In this document: piece by piece, positions 37,898 to 47,402 of the stretch
Numbering within the stretch: the first letter of the stretch is position 1
Layout of the letters: each line of letters starts with the position of its first letter
NCBI RefSeq assembly: GCF_034432735.1
Contig: NZ_DAOUBJ010000071.1
Span: 1,259 to 65,258, forward strand
Length of the DNA: 64,000 nucleotides
Reading direction: 5' to 3'
Origin: Tepidiforma sp.
Lineage (GTDB): Bacteria; Chloroflexota; Dehalococcoidia; Tepidiformales; Tepidiformaceae
Translations under genes and position numbers: made by a program
The notes under the pieces: generated by a model
Databases searched by the model: none
What the model was told of the DNA's origin: nothing
What the model saw: the letters and a program-made list of their open reading frames with translations, nothing else

Positions 37898-37918
37898 GCT
37901 GGAACATATGTTTTGTGA

Positions 37919-37993
37919 TGGCTCCCCGGCGAGGATTCGAACCTCGAACCTAGCGGTTAACAGCCGCGCGCTCTACCGTTGAGCTACCGGGGA
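37919..37993 (-). tRNA. tRNA-Asn (anticodon GUU)
   Basis: The reverse complement folds as acceptor TCCCCGG/CCGGGGA, D arm GCTC..GAGC, anticodon loop CTGTTAA, T arm CGAGG-TTCGAAT-CCTCG, discriminator G, encoded CCA. Confidence 0.9.
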
Positions 37994-38243
37994 ACAGGGT
38001 GAGTTTCTGACGGCGGAGCGGGATGCGCAACCGGTTTTTCCCCAGTGGCTTGCGAAGAGCGCCCAGACATCGATGGCTCGGCGGGAGGATGGAACGACCG
38101 CCGGCGGGGAGTCACTTGCGCCCCCAGGTGGATCCCCCCGCCGGCGGCCGTGGTTGGAGTGTGCTGGGACCGGCGAAGCTTTTCACCGGGTTTGGGCAAG
38201 GCGGCCGTAAAATGCCGGAAAACTCCCCAAGGCGGTCCCCTTC

Positions 38244-39317
38244 GTGCCAGTACCTGTCGTCGGGCTCATCGGCTGTGGCCATATTGGACGGTTCCATTCG
38301 CGCAATCTGCGGGGGGCGATTCGCGCGGGCGTCGTGGAGGCGCGTTATCCAGCGGTGTGCGACCGGGACCGGGCACGGGCCGAAGCATTCGCGGCGATCA
38401 CGGGCGCCGAGTTCGTGACGGACGAGCCGGAGGAGTTGCTCTCCTTCCCGGGGCTGACGGCGGTGTACATCTGCACGGAGACTGCGGAGCACCCGCGCCT
38501 GGTGGAGGCCGCGGCTGCGCGAGGGCTCGACGTCTTTTGCGAGAAGCCGCTGGCACGGACGCTCGAGGAGGTGGAGCGGATGGTGGAGGCGGTCGAGCGA
38601 GCGGGGATCGTCAATCAGGTGGGGCTGGTGTTGCGGTATTCGCCGGTCCTGACGGTTCTCGCGGATTTGATGCGCGACCCGAGCCTCGGCCCATTGCTGA
38701 CGGCGCATCTGCGCGACGATCAGTTTTTTCCGGTGCGCGGGCACTACCGCAGCACTTGGCGGGGAAGCTTCGAGCGTGCTGGCGGCGGCACGTTGATCGA
38801 GCATTCGATCCACGACGTGGATGTGTTCCGATGGCTGTTCGGGGATATCGCTGCCGTGCGGTGTCATACGAGGGAGGCGACGCCGGGGCACCCGGGAGTC
38901 GAGGACGTGGCTCTGGTGACGTTTCAGCATGTGGGCGGCCACCAGACGACGCTGACTTCGGTGTGGCATGGGCTCGACGACCGTCCTTCGACGCGCTTTC
39001 TGGAGGTGTTCTTCGAAGGGGGGTATTTCGCGACGGAGCACGATTTTCTGGGCCCGATCCGTGTGCAGGGCCGCAGCGGGCCGGTGCGCGAGCTGGGCGC
39101 GGAGGAGGTTTTCGAACGGTACGTGGAGCTCGCCGGGTTGGACGCGGGCTCGGCGGAGCTGGCGAGGGTGGGGATGATGGAGGATGTGGCGTTTTTGCGG
39201 TGCGCGGCGACGAGGGCGCCGGCGTTCCCCGATTTTCGCACGGCACTGGTAGCGCATCGGGTGGTGGATGCGTGTTACGTGAGCGCGAGGGAAGCTCGCG
39301 AGGTGGCGCTCGCATAG
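38244..39317 (+). CDS. Gfo/Idh/MocA family oxidoreductase
   Basis: GTG start. Rossmann N-terminus VVGLIGCGHIGRFH, EKPLA motif, 357 aa. Confidence 0.85.
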   Translation: MPVPVVGLIGCGHIGRFHSRNLRGAIRAGVVEARYPAVCDRDRARAEAFAAITGAEFVTDEPEELLSFPGLTAVYICTETAEHPRLVEAAAARGLDVFCEKPLARTLEEVERMVEAVERAGIVNQVGLVLRYSPVLTVLADLMRDPSLGPLLTAHLRDDQFFPVRGHYRSTWRGSFERAGGGTLIEHSIHDVDVFRWLFGDIAAVRCHTREATPGHPGVEDVALVTFQHVGGHQTTLTSVWHGLDDRPSTRFLEVFFEGGYFATEHDFLGPIRVQGRSGPVRELGAEEVFERYVELAGLDAGSAELARVGMMEDVAFLRCAATRAPAFPDFRTALVAHRVVDACYVSAREAREVALA

Positions 39318-39467
39318 CCGGACTCGTCAGCTATCGGTCTTGGCTATGGGTTGGAGCGAATGACCGTTTACCCATCGATACCGATCGGCTACGATAGGCC
39401 GGATTCGGCCCGTATCGGTGCCAGACCCGCGAAGGGACGGGCCGAGTGCCCGCCCGAGGAGCAAGGA

Positions 39468-40730
39468 ATGACGACGGAAACGCTGAAGGACCTCTACGAA
39501 GTCGGCGAGATGCCGCCGCTCGGCCACGTGCCGAAGAAGATGTATGCGCAGGTGATTCGGCAATCGCGATTCGGGCAGCCGACCCAGGCGTTCCAGGTCG
39601 AGGTCATCGACGTCCCGGAAATCGGTCCGGACGATGTATTGGTGTACGTGATGGCGGCGGGGGTGAACTACAACAATGTCTGGGCTGGCCTGGGCGTGCC
39701 GATCGATGTGATCGCTGCGCGCCAAAAGGAAGGGCAGCCGTGGGACCACCATATCGGCGGTTCTGATGCCTCGGGGATCATCTGGAAGGTCGGCTCGAAT
39801 GTCACGAACTGGAAGGTCGGCGACGAGGTAGTGATCCACTGTGGGACGTGGGATGTCCACGCGCCGGAGATCAAGGCGGGGCTCGATCCGATGTATCACC
39901 CGAGCTACCGCATTTGGGGCTACGAGACGACGTGGGGGTCGTTCGCTCAATTCACGAAGGTGCAGGCGCACCAATGCATGCCGAAGGCGCCGCACCTGAC
40001 GTGGGAGGAGGCGGCCGCTCCGACCCTGGTTGGGGCAACGGCCTACCGGATGCTGTTCGGCTGGGAGCCGCATGTCGTAAAGGAGGGGGACGTGGTGTTG
40101 GTGTGGGGAGGTGCGGGCGGCCTCGGCTCGATGGCGATTCAGTTGGCGGCGCAGGTGGGTGCGAAACCGGTCGCGGTGGTGTCGAGCGAGTCCAAGTACG
40201 ACTTCTGCATGAAGCTGGGTGCAGTCGGCTGCATCAATCGGAAGGCATTCGATCATTGGGGCCGGCTGCCGGACTGGCAGGACAACGAGGCGATGGCGAG
40301 ATTCACGGCGGGCGCGCGGGCGTTCGGTAAGGCGATTTGGGATATCGTCGGCGAGCGGAAGAACCCGCGGATCGTGTTCGAACACCCGGGTCAGGACACC
40401 ATTCCGACGTCGATCTTCGTATGCGATACGGGCGGGATGGTGGTGATTTGCGCGGGAACGACGGGGTACAACGCGGATGTGGATCTGCGTTACCTGTGGA
40501 TGCGGCAGAAGCGGCTGCAAGGTTCGCACTTCGCGAACGACGAGCAGGCCTACGCGTTCAACGACCTCGTCGTCGAGGGGAAGATCGATCCCTGCCTTTC
40601 GAAGGTATTCCGGTTCGAGGACACGGGTCTCTGCCATCAGCTGATGTACGAGAACCGCCACCCGGACGGGAACATGGCGATCCTGGTGGGCGCGCGGCAG
40701 GAAGGTCTCAAGACGCTGAAGGCGTCCTGA
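39468..40730 (+). CDS. ccr: crotonyl-CoA carboxylase/reductase
   Basis: Trimmed to the ATG at 39468. Long colinear resemblance to remembered Ccr sequences ([92 protein letters not shown]). Confidence 0.9.
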   Translation: MTTETLKDLYEVGEMPPLGHVPKKMYAQVIRQSRFGQPTQAFQVEVIDVPEIGPDDVLVYVMAAGVNYNNVWAGLGVPIDVIAARQKEGQPWDHHIGGSDASGIIWKVGSNVTNWKVGDEVVIHCGTWDVHAPEIKAGLDPMYHPSYRIWGYETTWGSFAQFTKVQAHQCMPKAPHLTWEEAAAPTLVGATAYRMLFGWEPHVVKEGDVVLVWGGAGGLGSMAIQLAAQVGAKPVAVVSSESKYDFCMKLGAVGCINRKAFDHWGRLPDWQDNEAMARFTAGARAFGKAIWDIVGERKNPRIVFEHPGQDTIPTSIFVCDTGGMVVICAGTTGYNADVDLRYLWMRQKRLQGSHFANDEQAYAFNDLVVEGKIDPCLSKVFRFEDTGLCHQLMYENRHPDGNMAILVGARQEGLKTLKAS

Positions 40731-40761
40731 GGCGCGCGACGATTCGTACGGACACCGACGT

Positions 40762-40797
40762 CGTACGTGCCCGGCCAGGCTTGGCCGGGCACGTACG
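40762..40797 (+). terminator. strong hairpin downstream of ccr
   Basis: CGTACGTGCCCGGCCA-ggct-TGGCCGGGCACGTACG, a perfect 16-bp stem with a 4-nt loop, 32 nt after the ccr stop. No U-tract. Confidence 0.5.
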
Positions 40798-40953
40798 TTA
40801 GGCGCCCCCGGAGTCGCGGTCATGGCGATTCCGGCGCTTCCACTTCGACGGTTGGGAAGGGCGGAGGATCCGGCGGGAGGGTGTGCGCGCACATCGTCCT
40901 TAGGCGCACGCTAGGGGATACTTCGGACACATCAATTCGAACAGGACTGTCGC

Positions 40954-42126
40954 ATGGTCAGGGACTACGCAGCCGACATCGCCGACCCTATCGCCCGCGA
41001 GATCGTGACGAACGTGGGGGTTTGGGTGGATCGCGAGGTGAAGCCCGTCGCGAGCCACTATGAACATGCAGACGAGTTCCCGGAGCCGCTGGTGAAGGGG
41101 ATGTCGGGGATGGGGCTGTTCGGGATCAAGATTCCGGAGAAATACGGCGGGCTCGACCTGAGCTTCGAGTGCTATGCCGGGGTGTGCATGGAGCTGGCGC
41201 GGGGGTGGATGAGCCTCGCTGGCATCATCAACACGCACGTGCTGGTTGGGTACGCAATCAGCGAGTACGGCACCGAGGAGCAGAAGCAGAAGTATCTGCC
41301 GCGGATGGTGGAGCCGGAGATTCGCTGCGCGTTGAGCATTACCGAGCCGGACGCCGGCTCGGATGCGCAGGCGATCAAGACGACTGCGCGCCGGGATGGC
41401 GACGACTACGTCATCAATGGCCAGAAGATGTGGGTGACGAACGGTCAGCGGGCCGGCGTCTACCTGGTGCTGACGAAGACGGACCCAGAGGCCCAGCCGC
41501 GACACCGGGGAATCACGGCTTTCCTGGTCGATGCGGGCACGCCGGGTTTCACACCGGGCCGGAAGCTGGAGAAGCTGGGCTACAAGGGCGTGGAGACGAC
41601 AGAGCTGACCTTCGACGATGCGCGGGTACCGGCGACGCAGGTTCTGGGCGGTAAGGAAGGACAGGGCTTCCAGCACGTGATGAGCGCGTTGGAGGTTGGG
41701 CGGATCAATGTGGCGGCGCGCGGCGTGGGCGTGGCGCAGGCGGCGTTCGACGATGCGATTCGTTACGCCCAGCAGCGTGTGGCGTTCGGCAAGCCGATCT
41801 TCGAACACCAGGCGCAGCAGCTGCGGCTGGCGGAGATGATCACGAAGATTCGCGCGGCGCGCCTCCTGACGCTGGATGCTGCTCGGAAGAAGGATTCAGG
41901 TGCCCGGAGCGATCTCGATGCGGGGATGGCGAAGCTCTTCGCGACGGAGATTGCACAGGAGTGTGTGCTCGACGCGATGCGCATCCACGGCGGCGTTGGC
42001 TACAGCAAGGAGCTTCCACTGGAGCGGTACTACCGGGATGCACCTTTGATGGTCATTGCGGAGGGCACGAGCGACATCCAGAAGATCGTGATCGCGCGGA
42101 ACATCGTGAAGGAGTACCCGGTCTAG
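40954..42126 (+). CDS. acyl-CoA dehydrogenase
   Basis: 390 aa. SITEPDAGSDA, YVINGQKMWVTNG and C-terminal IAEGTSDIQKIVIA. Confidence 0.9.
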   Translation: MVRDYAADIADPIAREIVTNVGVWVDREVKPVASHYEHADEFPEPLVKGMSGMGLFGIKIPEKYGGLDLSFECYAGVCMELARGWMSLAGIINTHVLVGYAISEYGTEEQKQKYLPRMVEPEIRCALSITEPDAGSDAQAIKTTARRDGDDYVINGQKMWVTNGQRAGVYLVLTKTDPEAQPRHRGITAFLVDAGTPGFTPGRKLEKLGYKGVETTELTFDDARVPATQVLGGKEGQGFQHVMSALEVGRINVAARGVGVAQAAFDDAIRYAQQRVAFGKPIFEHQAQQLRLAEMITKIRAARLLTLDAARKKDSGARSDLDAGMAKLFATEIAQECVLDAMRIHGGVGYSKELPLERYYRDAPLMVIAEGTSDIQKIVIARNIVKEYPV

Positions 42127-42190
42127 CGCGCGTAGCAGGAAGGAATCGACCGTGGAACGCTCGTGGAGCTCGTGAAAGGAGGAGCGAAGC

Positions 42191-42670
42191 ATGACGGTTT
42201 ACGATGGACGCGACAAGTTCGGGCGGTACTTCGAGGACTTCGAAGTGGGCGATGTGTACAAGCACTGGCCCGGGAAGACGATCACCGAGGCGATGGATCA
42301 TCTCTTCTGCGATATAACGATGAACCATCATCCGCTCCACAGCGATCGCTGGTATGCGGAGGAGGAGACGCACTTCAAGCAGAACGTAGTGGTGGGGAAC
42401 CTGGTGTATTCGCTGGTGCTGGGGATGAGTGTGCCCGACGTCTCTGGCAAGGCGATCGCGAATCTTGAAATCGAAAGCCTGAAACACCTGAAGCCGACGT
42501 TCCACGGAGACACGATCCGCGCGGAAACGACGGTACTGGAGAAGAAGGAGACCTCGGACGGGACGCGCGGCATCGTGACGGTGGAGACGCGCGGATTCAA
42601 CCAGCGTGGCGAGGAGGTCTGTTATTTCCGCCGGAAGGTGATGGTGCCGAAGCGGCCCACGGCGGGGTAG
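42191..42670 (+). CDS. MaoC family (R)-specific enoyl-CoA hydratase/dehydratase (single hot-dog)
   Basis: 159 aa. FEVGDVY..., NHHPLHSD and TVETRGFNQRGEEV hot-dog pattern. Confidence 0.85.
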   Translation: MTVYDGRDKFGRYFEDFEVGDVYKHWPGKTITEAMDHLFCDITMNHHPLHSDRWYAEEETHFKQNVVVGNLVYSLVLGMSVPDVSGKAIANLEIESLKHLKPTFHGDTIRAETTVLEKKETSDGTRGIVTVETRGFNQRGEEVCYFRRKVMVPKRPTAG

Positions 42671-42682
42671 GATGGCGGCCGC

Positions 42683-43243
42683 ATGGCCGCGGATGTCCGA
42701 CCCTCGAAACTTCCGTTCGCGCTCCAGGCCGGCGAAGTGGTGGTGGCCTTGGTGCGTCGGCACTGGCTCTATTTTTCCCTGAGGATGGTGGGGATTCTGG
42801 TCGCGGGCGTCGGAGGCACGGCGCTGGCTCTGGTGGCAGTGGGGTTGACGGTGGGGTTCTCTGGGTGGCCGGGGCGGGCGGCCGGGGTGGTGGTGGCGGC
42901 CTGGGCGGCGTACTGGCTGGTGCGTGGGTACTTCACCTGGTATCGCTATCAGAACGACATTTGGGTGGTGACGAATCAGCGGCTGGTGGATTCGCTGAAG
43001 CGGCACTGGTTTCACCATCGGATGGCCTCGACGGACTTGGTGGACGTGGAGGACCTCCGGGTCGAGCGGCACGGGCTCCTCGAGACGGTGTTCGACTTCG
43101 GCGATGTCCAGTGCCAGACCGCCGGGGCGCTTCAGAACTTCGTGCTGGCTGGGGTGCCGCAGCCAGCCCGGCTGCTGGCGGTGGTGGATGGCGCTCGGGA
43201 CGCGGCTCGGCGGGCGTTGGGTTCGCCGAACGTCGTTGGTTGA
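42683..43243 (+). CDS. membrane protein with bacterial PH (bPH_2/YdbT-like) domain
   Basis: 186 aa. Two hydrophobic helices, then YQNDIWVVTNQRLVD ... DVQCQTAG, typical of bPH domains. Confidence 0.6.
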   Translation: MAADVRPSKLPFALQAGEVVVALVRRHWLYFSLRMVGILVAGVGGTALALVAVGLTVGFSGWPGRAAGVVVAAWAAYWLVRGYFTWYRYQNDIWVVTNQRLVDSLKRHWFHHRMASTDLVDVEDLRVERHGLLETVFDFGDVQCQTAGALQNFVLAGVPQPARLLAVVDGARDAARRALGSPNVVG

Positions 43244-43299
43244 CGCCGGTTTTGCGGAGGGGTGATGACGGCGGATCGCGGGCGGGGTAGCCTGACGGC

Positions 43300-44262
43300 A
43301 TGGCGACGCGGCGGCAGTTCATCGCCGGGGTGGGCTTCGGGATCGCGGCGCCGTGGCTCGTGTTCCGGGGGAGGAGTCGGGGCGCGGGGCGCTCCGAAAC
43401 AGGAGCGGAGAGGCAATCGGCGCTGCCCTTCCGGGCGGTGCTGCCCGGCGTCGGGACGGATGGGCCGCGGCCCGTGGCGATCCTCTCTCAGCGAGAGCCA
43501 TACCAGGGCGGCGCGATTTACGTCCGGGTCGACCATGCCGAAGCGGGGGTCGCGAAGCTGTTCGGGCGGGCGGCGGTGCTCAGCCAAGGGGCAGGCGGGG
43601 TGGAAGGATTCGTCGGTGTGGCGGTTGCCGACCCACCGGGGCCAACGGCGCTCGATCTGGCGGTGACCGATGCGGTCGGCGGCACGTTCCGGTTCGTGGA
43701 GCCGATCGCGGTTCGGGCGACGAGGTGGACGTACGATGACATTTGGCTGCCGCCCCCGGACCCGAATTCGCCGCCCGGGCCGCCGCTGGAACCGGAGCAG
43801 CCGCGCCTCGATGCGCTGTACGCGACGGTCTCGCCCCGGCGGTGGGAGCTGCCGTTCGTGATTCCGATAGAGCTTGGCGGGGAGGTGTGGGTGAGTGGGT
43901 ACTTCGGGGAACAGCGGTCGTTCAACGGGGGGCCGCGGACGGGCCATCACGGCGGCACGGATATCGCTGCACCGATTGGGACTGCGGTCCGGGCCACGAA
44001 CCACGGGACGGTGGTGATGTCGGAGCTGACCCTCGTCCGGGGCAATCTGGTGGTGGTGGACCACGGTGGCGGGATTCTCTCGTGCTACGGGCACCTCTCG
44101 GAGCGGACGGTGGCGGTTGGCGAGCAGGTTCGGCGCGGTGATGTGGTAGGGAAGGTGGGCTCGACGGGGCTTTCGAGCGGGCCGCATTTGCACTGGGAGC
44201 TGAGTGTGGCGGGGGTGTTGGTCGACGGGCTGCGCTGGCTGGATGGGACTCAGGGGTTTTGA
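43300..44262 (+). CDS. M23 family metallopeptidase with Tat-type signal
   Basis: N-terminal MATRRQFIAGVG twin-arginine signal. HGGTDIAAP, VVVDHGGG and GPHLHWEL motifs. Confidence 0.85.
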   Translation: MATRRQFIAGVGFGIAAPWLVFRGRSRGAGRSETGAERQSALPFRAVLPGVGTDGPRPVAILSQREPYQGGAIYVRVDHAEAGVAKLFGRAAVLSQGAGGVEGFVGVAVADPPGPTALDLAVTDAVGGTFRFVEPIAVRATRWTYDDIWLPPPDPNSPPGPPLEPEQPRLDALYATVSPRRWELPFVIPIELGGEVWVSGYFGEQRSFNGGPRTGHHGGTDIAAPIGTAVRATNHGTVVMSELTLVRGNLVVVDHGGGILSCYGHLSERTVAVGEQVRRGDVVGKVGSTGLSSGPHLHWELSVAGVLVDGLRWLDGTQGF

Positions 44263-44433
44263 GGCCCGTTCGGGCTCCCGATTGGGGACCTGAAGGCCCC
44301 AGCTTGACCGGGTCGCTTGCGCGGGAGTAGCCGAGGATGGCACGCTGAGAGCCGGGGAACGCAGGCGCGGGACCGCCTGCAGGAAGCAGAGCCCGGGGCT
44401 GGCGATGCTGCCAGGAAAGGGTACTCAGCAGGC

Positions 44434-45378
44434 ATGATTGTCGCTCAGCGGCTCGCGATTCTCACGGCTATTCTCACGGTCTTCCTCATTGGTTTGGGTG
44501 CATTCGTCAGGGCGACAGGCTCGGGGCTTGGGTGCCCCGATTGGCCGCTGTGCCACGGCCAGGCGGTTCCGCCGGCACATCGGGAGGCGGTGATCGAGTT
44601 TTCGCACCGTTTCGTGGCATCGCTCGTCGGTCTGCTGGTCATCGCAGTTGCGGCGGCCGCGTGGAAGTACTATCGGCACGTGCCGTTGATCACGTGGGTA
44701 GCGACGGCGACCGTTCCGCTGGTGGGGTTCCAGGGGCTCCTCGGGGCGATCACGGTGGTCCGGGAGCTGCCGCCGGAAGTGGTGGCGACGCATCTCGTGA
44801 CGGCGATGCTCGTGCTCTCCTGTGTCGTGTTCGTGGCCGTGGGGATGTGGATGGAGGACGAGCGTCATCGTGGCTTTTTCGAGCGGACGCGCGGCCACGG
44901 GCGGCTGCCGGGGAAGTGGGCGATTGCTGGGCTGGCGTGGTTGGCGGTGACGTTTTGGGTTGGCGCCTACATGGCGGAAAGCGGGGCGTCGACGGCCTGC
45001 TCGGGCTGGCCGCTTTGCAACGGTGGTGTTTTGCCGGGGGCGGACGACCAGGAGATCACCCACATGGTCCACCGCTATCTCGCGGGTGGGTTCGTGTTCA
45101 TCGTCGTGCCTGCAGTGGCGGTGGCATGGCGGCGGCGGGAGGTGCTGCCGTGGGCGAAGGTGTACGTCATGGTGCTGGGGGGGCTGTATGCGGCCCAAGT
45201 CCTGGTAGGCGCGCTCAACGTATGGTTCACCTTTCCAGACCCGCTGACCGTCACGCACACCGCGGTCGCTGGTAGCATTTGGGGGGTGCTGAGCGTTGGG
45301 GCTGCCCTCGGATTCTACGAACCGTTCCGGGCGGTTGCCGGAACTCGGGCCGCGACGCGCCTCGAGGCGCCGGCATGA
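44434..45378 (+). CDS. ctaA: heme A synthase (COX15/CtaA)
   Basis: Trimmed to the ATG at 44434. GLGCPDWPLCHG, a second Cys pair CSGWPLCNG, multiple TM helices and conserved His residues. Confidence 0.85.
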   Translation: MIVAQRLAILTAILTVFLIGLGAFVRATGSGLGCPDWPLCHGQAVPPAHREAVIEFSHRFVASLVGLLVIAVAAAAWKYYRHVPLITWVATATVPLVGFQGLLGAITVVRELPPEVVATHLVTAMLVLSCVVFVAVGMWMEDERHRGFFERTRGHGRLPGKWAIAGLAWLAVTFWVGAYMAESGASTACSGWPLCNGGVLPGADDQEITHMVHRYLAGGFVFIVVPAVAVAWRRREVLPWAKVYVMVLGGLYAAQVLVGALNVWFTFPDPLTVTHTAVAGSIWGVLSVGAALGFYEPFRAVAGTRAATRLEAPA

Positions 45379-46271
45379 CGGCGGAGCTCGCGTTTTCGAC
45401 GCGAGGTTCGTTGCTGGCGACGGTCCGCAATTACGTCGTCCTCACGAAGCCGCGGGTAATTTCGCTGTTGCTGGTGACGACCGTGCCAGCGATGGTGGTT
45501 GCGGCAGGGGGATGGCCGGGGACGTGGCTCGTGCTGGCGACGCTCATCGGCGGCACCGCTTCGGCTGCGGGGGCGAACGTCATCAACTGCTGGTACGACC
45601 GGGATATCGACGCGATGATGCGTCGAACGGCCGTGAGGCCGACCGTGACGGGGGAGGTACCGCCGGGGCACGCGCTGGCGTTCGGAGTTGTGCTGGGTGG
45701 CGGCGCGTTCTTGTTCCTCTGGGTGACAACAACGTTGGCAGCGGCGGTACTGGCGCTGACGGCGCTCCTTTTTTATGTCCTGGTGTACACGATGTGGCTG
45801 AAGCGACGCACGCCCCAGAACATCGTGATCGGCGGGGCCGCTGGCGCCTTTCCCCCGGTGGTTGGTTGGGCGGCTGTGACGGGAGATGCGCCGCTGGCGG
45901 CGTGGGTAATGTTCGCGATCGTGTTTTTCTGGACGCCGCCGCACTTCTGGGCGCTCTCGCTGCGGCTCGAGGGTGACTACGCGCGGGCGGGAGTTCCGAT
46001 GCTCCCGGTTACGAGCGGCGCGGCCTACACGCGGGCGCAGATTTTGCGTTACACGCTGATGCTGATTCCGGTGACGCTGTTGCTCGCTCCGGCAGCCGGC
46101 CTCGGCGCGATCTACGTATCAGCGGCGACGGTTCTGGGTGGGGCGTTCGCGTGGATGGCGTGGCGTTTGTGGCGGAGTCCGGAAGCGGTGCCGCCGTTGC
46201 GTGTCTACAAGTTTTCCCTGCTGTATCTGGGGCTGTTGTTCATCGCGATGGGGATTGACGCGGCGCTGTGA
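45375..46271 (+). CDS. ctaB: protoheme IX farnesyltransferase (heme O synthase)
   Basis: ATG at 45375 overlaps the ctaA stop (ATGA). LTKPRV, NCWYDRDID (UbiA NxxxDxxxD) and FFWTPPHFWAL motifs. Confidence 0.9.
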   Translation: MTAELAFSTRGSLLATVRNYVVLTKPRVISLLLVTTVPAMVVAAGGWPGTWLVLATLIGGTASAAGANVINCWYDRDIDAMMRRTAVRPTVTGEVPPGHALAFGVVLGGGAFLFLWVTTTLAAAVLALTALLFYVLVYTMWLKRRTPQNIVIGGAAGAFPPVVGWAAVTGDAPLAAWVMFAIVFFWTPPHFWALSLRLEGDYARAGVPMLPVTSGAAYTRAQILRYTLMLIPVTLLLAPAAGLGAIYVSAATVLGGAFAWMAWRLWRSPEAVPPLRVYKFSLLYLGLLFIAMGIDAAL

Positions 46272-46404
46272 ATCGCGCTTCGGCGATGGCCTGCGGGGGC
46301 GCTCCATCCGGTACGGATGAGGGCGCTGGCCGCCGTTGCCGTGGCCTGGCTGAGATTCGTGAAGGGCCGAACGGGGCGTTGGTAAGCGGCCGAGTTTCCG
46401 TTCC

Positions 46405-46433
46405 TTGACACCGCTGGGGGGCGGGTCTATAAC
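46405..46433 (+). promoter_or_regulatory. candidate sigma-70-type promoter for the cox structural genes
   Basis: TTGACA (46405-46410), 17-nt spacer, TATAAC (46428-46433), about 90 nt upstream of the coxB start. Sequence match only. Confidence 0.4.
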
Positions 46434-46522
46434 CAGTTTGCGACGCCGTTCACAACCGAAACCCTGGCGCGGAGTGTGCCCGCAGCCGAGGGACTTCACG
46501 GGTCGGGAGGGGAGCCAGGAGT

Positions 46523-47326
46523 ATGCCGCGTACCGGGAAACTGCGAGTCATCCGCCGGGTCAACCTGCTGATTTTCGCGGCCCTCCTGGCCATTGCTACC
46601 GTACCCTCCGCGCTGGCGGACTGGGGAATGCCGACGCCGATCACGGACCAAGCGCAGCGGATCCAGGACCTCTGGGTGTTCACCCTGATCATCGCGCTGG
46701 CGGTGTTTTTCGCGGTCGAAGGGGCGCTGATTTACGCCATCGTGCGCTTCCGGAAGCGGAACGACGCCATGCCGAAGCAGACGCACGGGAGCACGGCGCT
46801 GGAGATCGTCTGGACGGCGATCCCGGTCCTGATCGTGATCACGCTGTTCTCGTATTCGTTCATCGTGCTTCGCGACGTGGAGAAGAAAGCTCCGGGCGAT
46901 GCCTTGACCGTGGATGTGACCGGCTTCCAATTCTCGTGGGAGTTCGGGTACAACCTGGCGGATCTTGGTCGAACCGAGACGCCGCCACCCGCGAAGGAAG
47001 GGACGTTCTCGATCATTGGGACTGCCGCGAACGAGCCGACGTTCGTCATTCCGGTCGGCGAGCCGGTCGAGTTCCGCCTCAAGTCGAACGATGTGATTCA
47101 TTCGTTCTACATCCCGAATTTCCACTACAAGCTGGACGTGGTGCCGGGGCGGGACAACCGTTTCGTCATCACGGCGAAGGAGACGGGTGAGTTCACCGGC
47201 CAGTGCGCGGAGCTGTGCGGGTTGAATCACGCATTGATGCGGTTCCACCTGCGAGTCGTGGAGCGAAGCGAGTTCGACCGGTGGGTAGCTGAGCAGGCGG
47301 CCGCGAAAGCGGTTCGCGAGCCGTAA
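46523..47326 (+). CDS. ctaC: cytochrome c oxidase subunit II (no fused cytochrome c domain)
   Basis: Signal plus two TM helices. CuA site HSFYIP ... CAELCGLNHALM. No CxxCH motif in the 267 aa. Confidence 0.9.
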   Translation: MPRTGKLRVIRRVNLLIFAALLAIATVPSALADWGMPTPITDQAQRIQDLWVFTLIIALAVFFAVEGALIYAIVRFRKRNDAMPKQTHGSTALEIVWTAIPVLIVITLFSYSFIVLRDVEKKAPGDALTVDVTGFQFSWEFGYNLADLGRTETPPPAKEGTFSIIGTAANEPTFVIPVGEPVEFRLKSNDVIHSFYIPNFHYKLDVVPGRDNRFVITAKETGEFTGQCAELCGLNHALMRFHLRVVERSEFDRWVAEQAAAKAVREP

Positions 47327-47402
47327 CGATGGTTGGCGCTCGACGCCGGAGGCTCTGCCGGCTAGTTAGCAACGCTAAGGGCAAGGAGGCCCGGGAGGAC
47401 GC

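Noticed and set aside
34865-37918. Direct repeat of the tRNA-Phe 3' end marking an attR site of an integrated element
   Set aside because: Scanned the islet by eye for the GGTTCGATCCCGAGCCTCAGCACCA segment or long parts of it and found none. The islet is therefore called only a decayed remnant.
39327-40892. 521-aa minus-strand ORF antisense to ccr
   Set aside because: No motifs and an Arg/His/Pro-rich composition. The + strand encodes a full-length Ccr.
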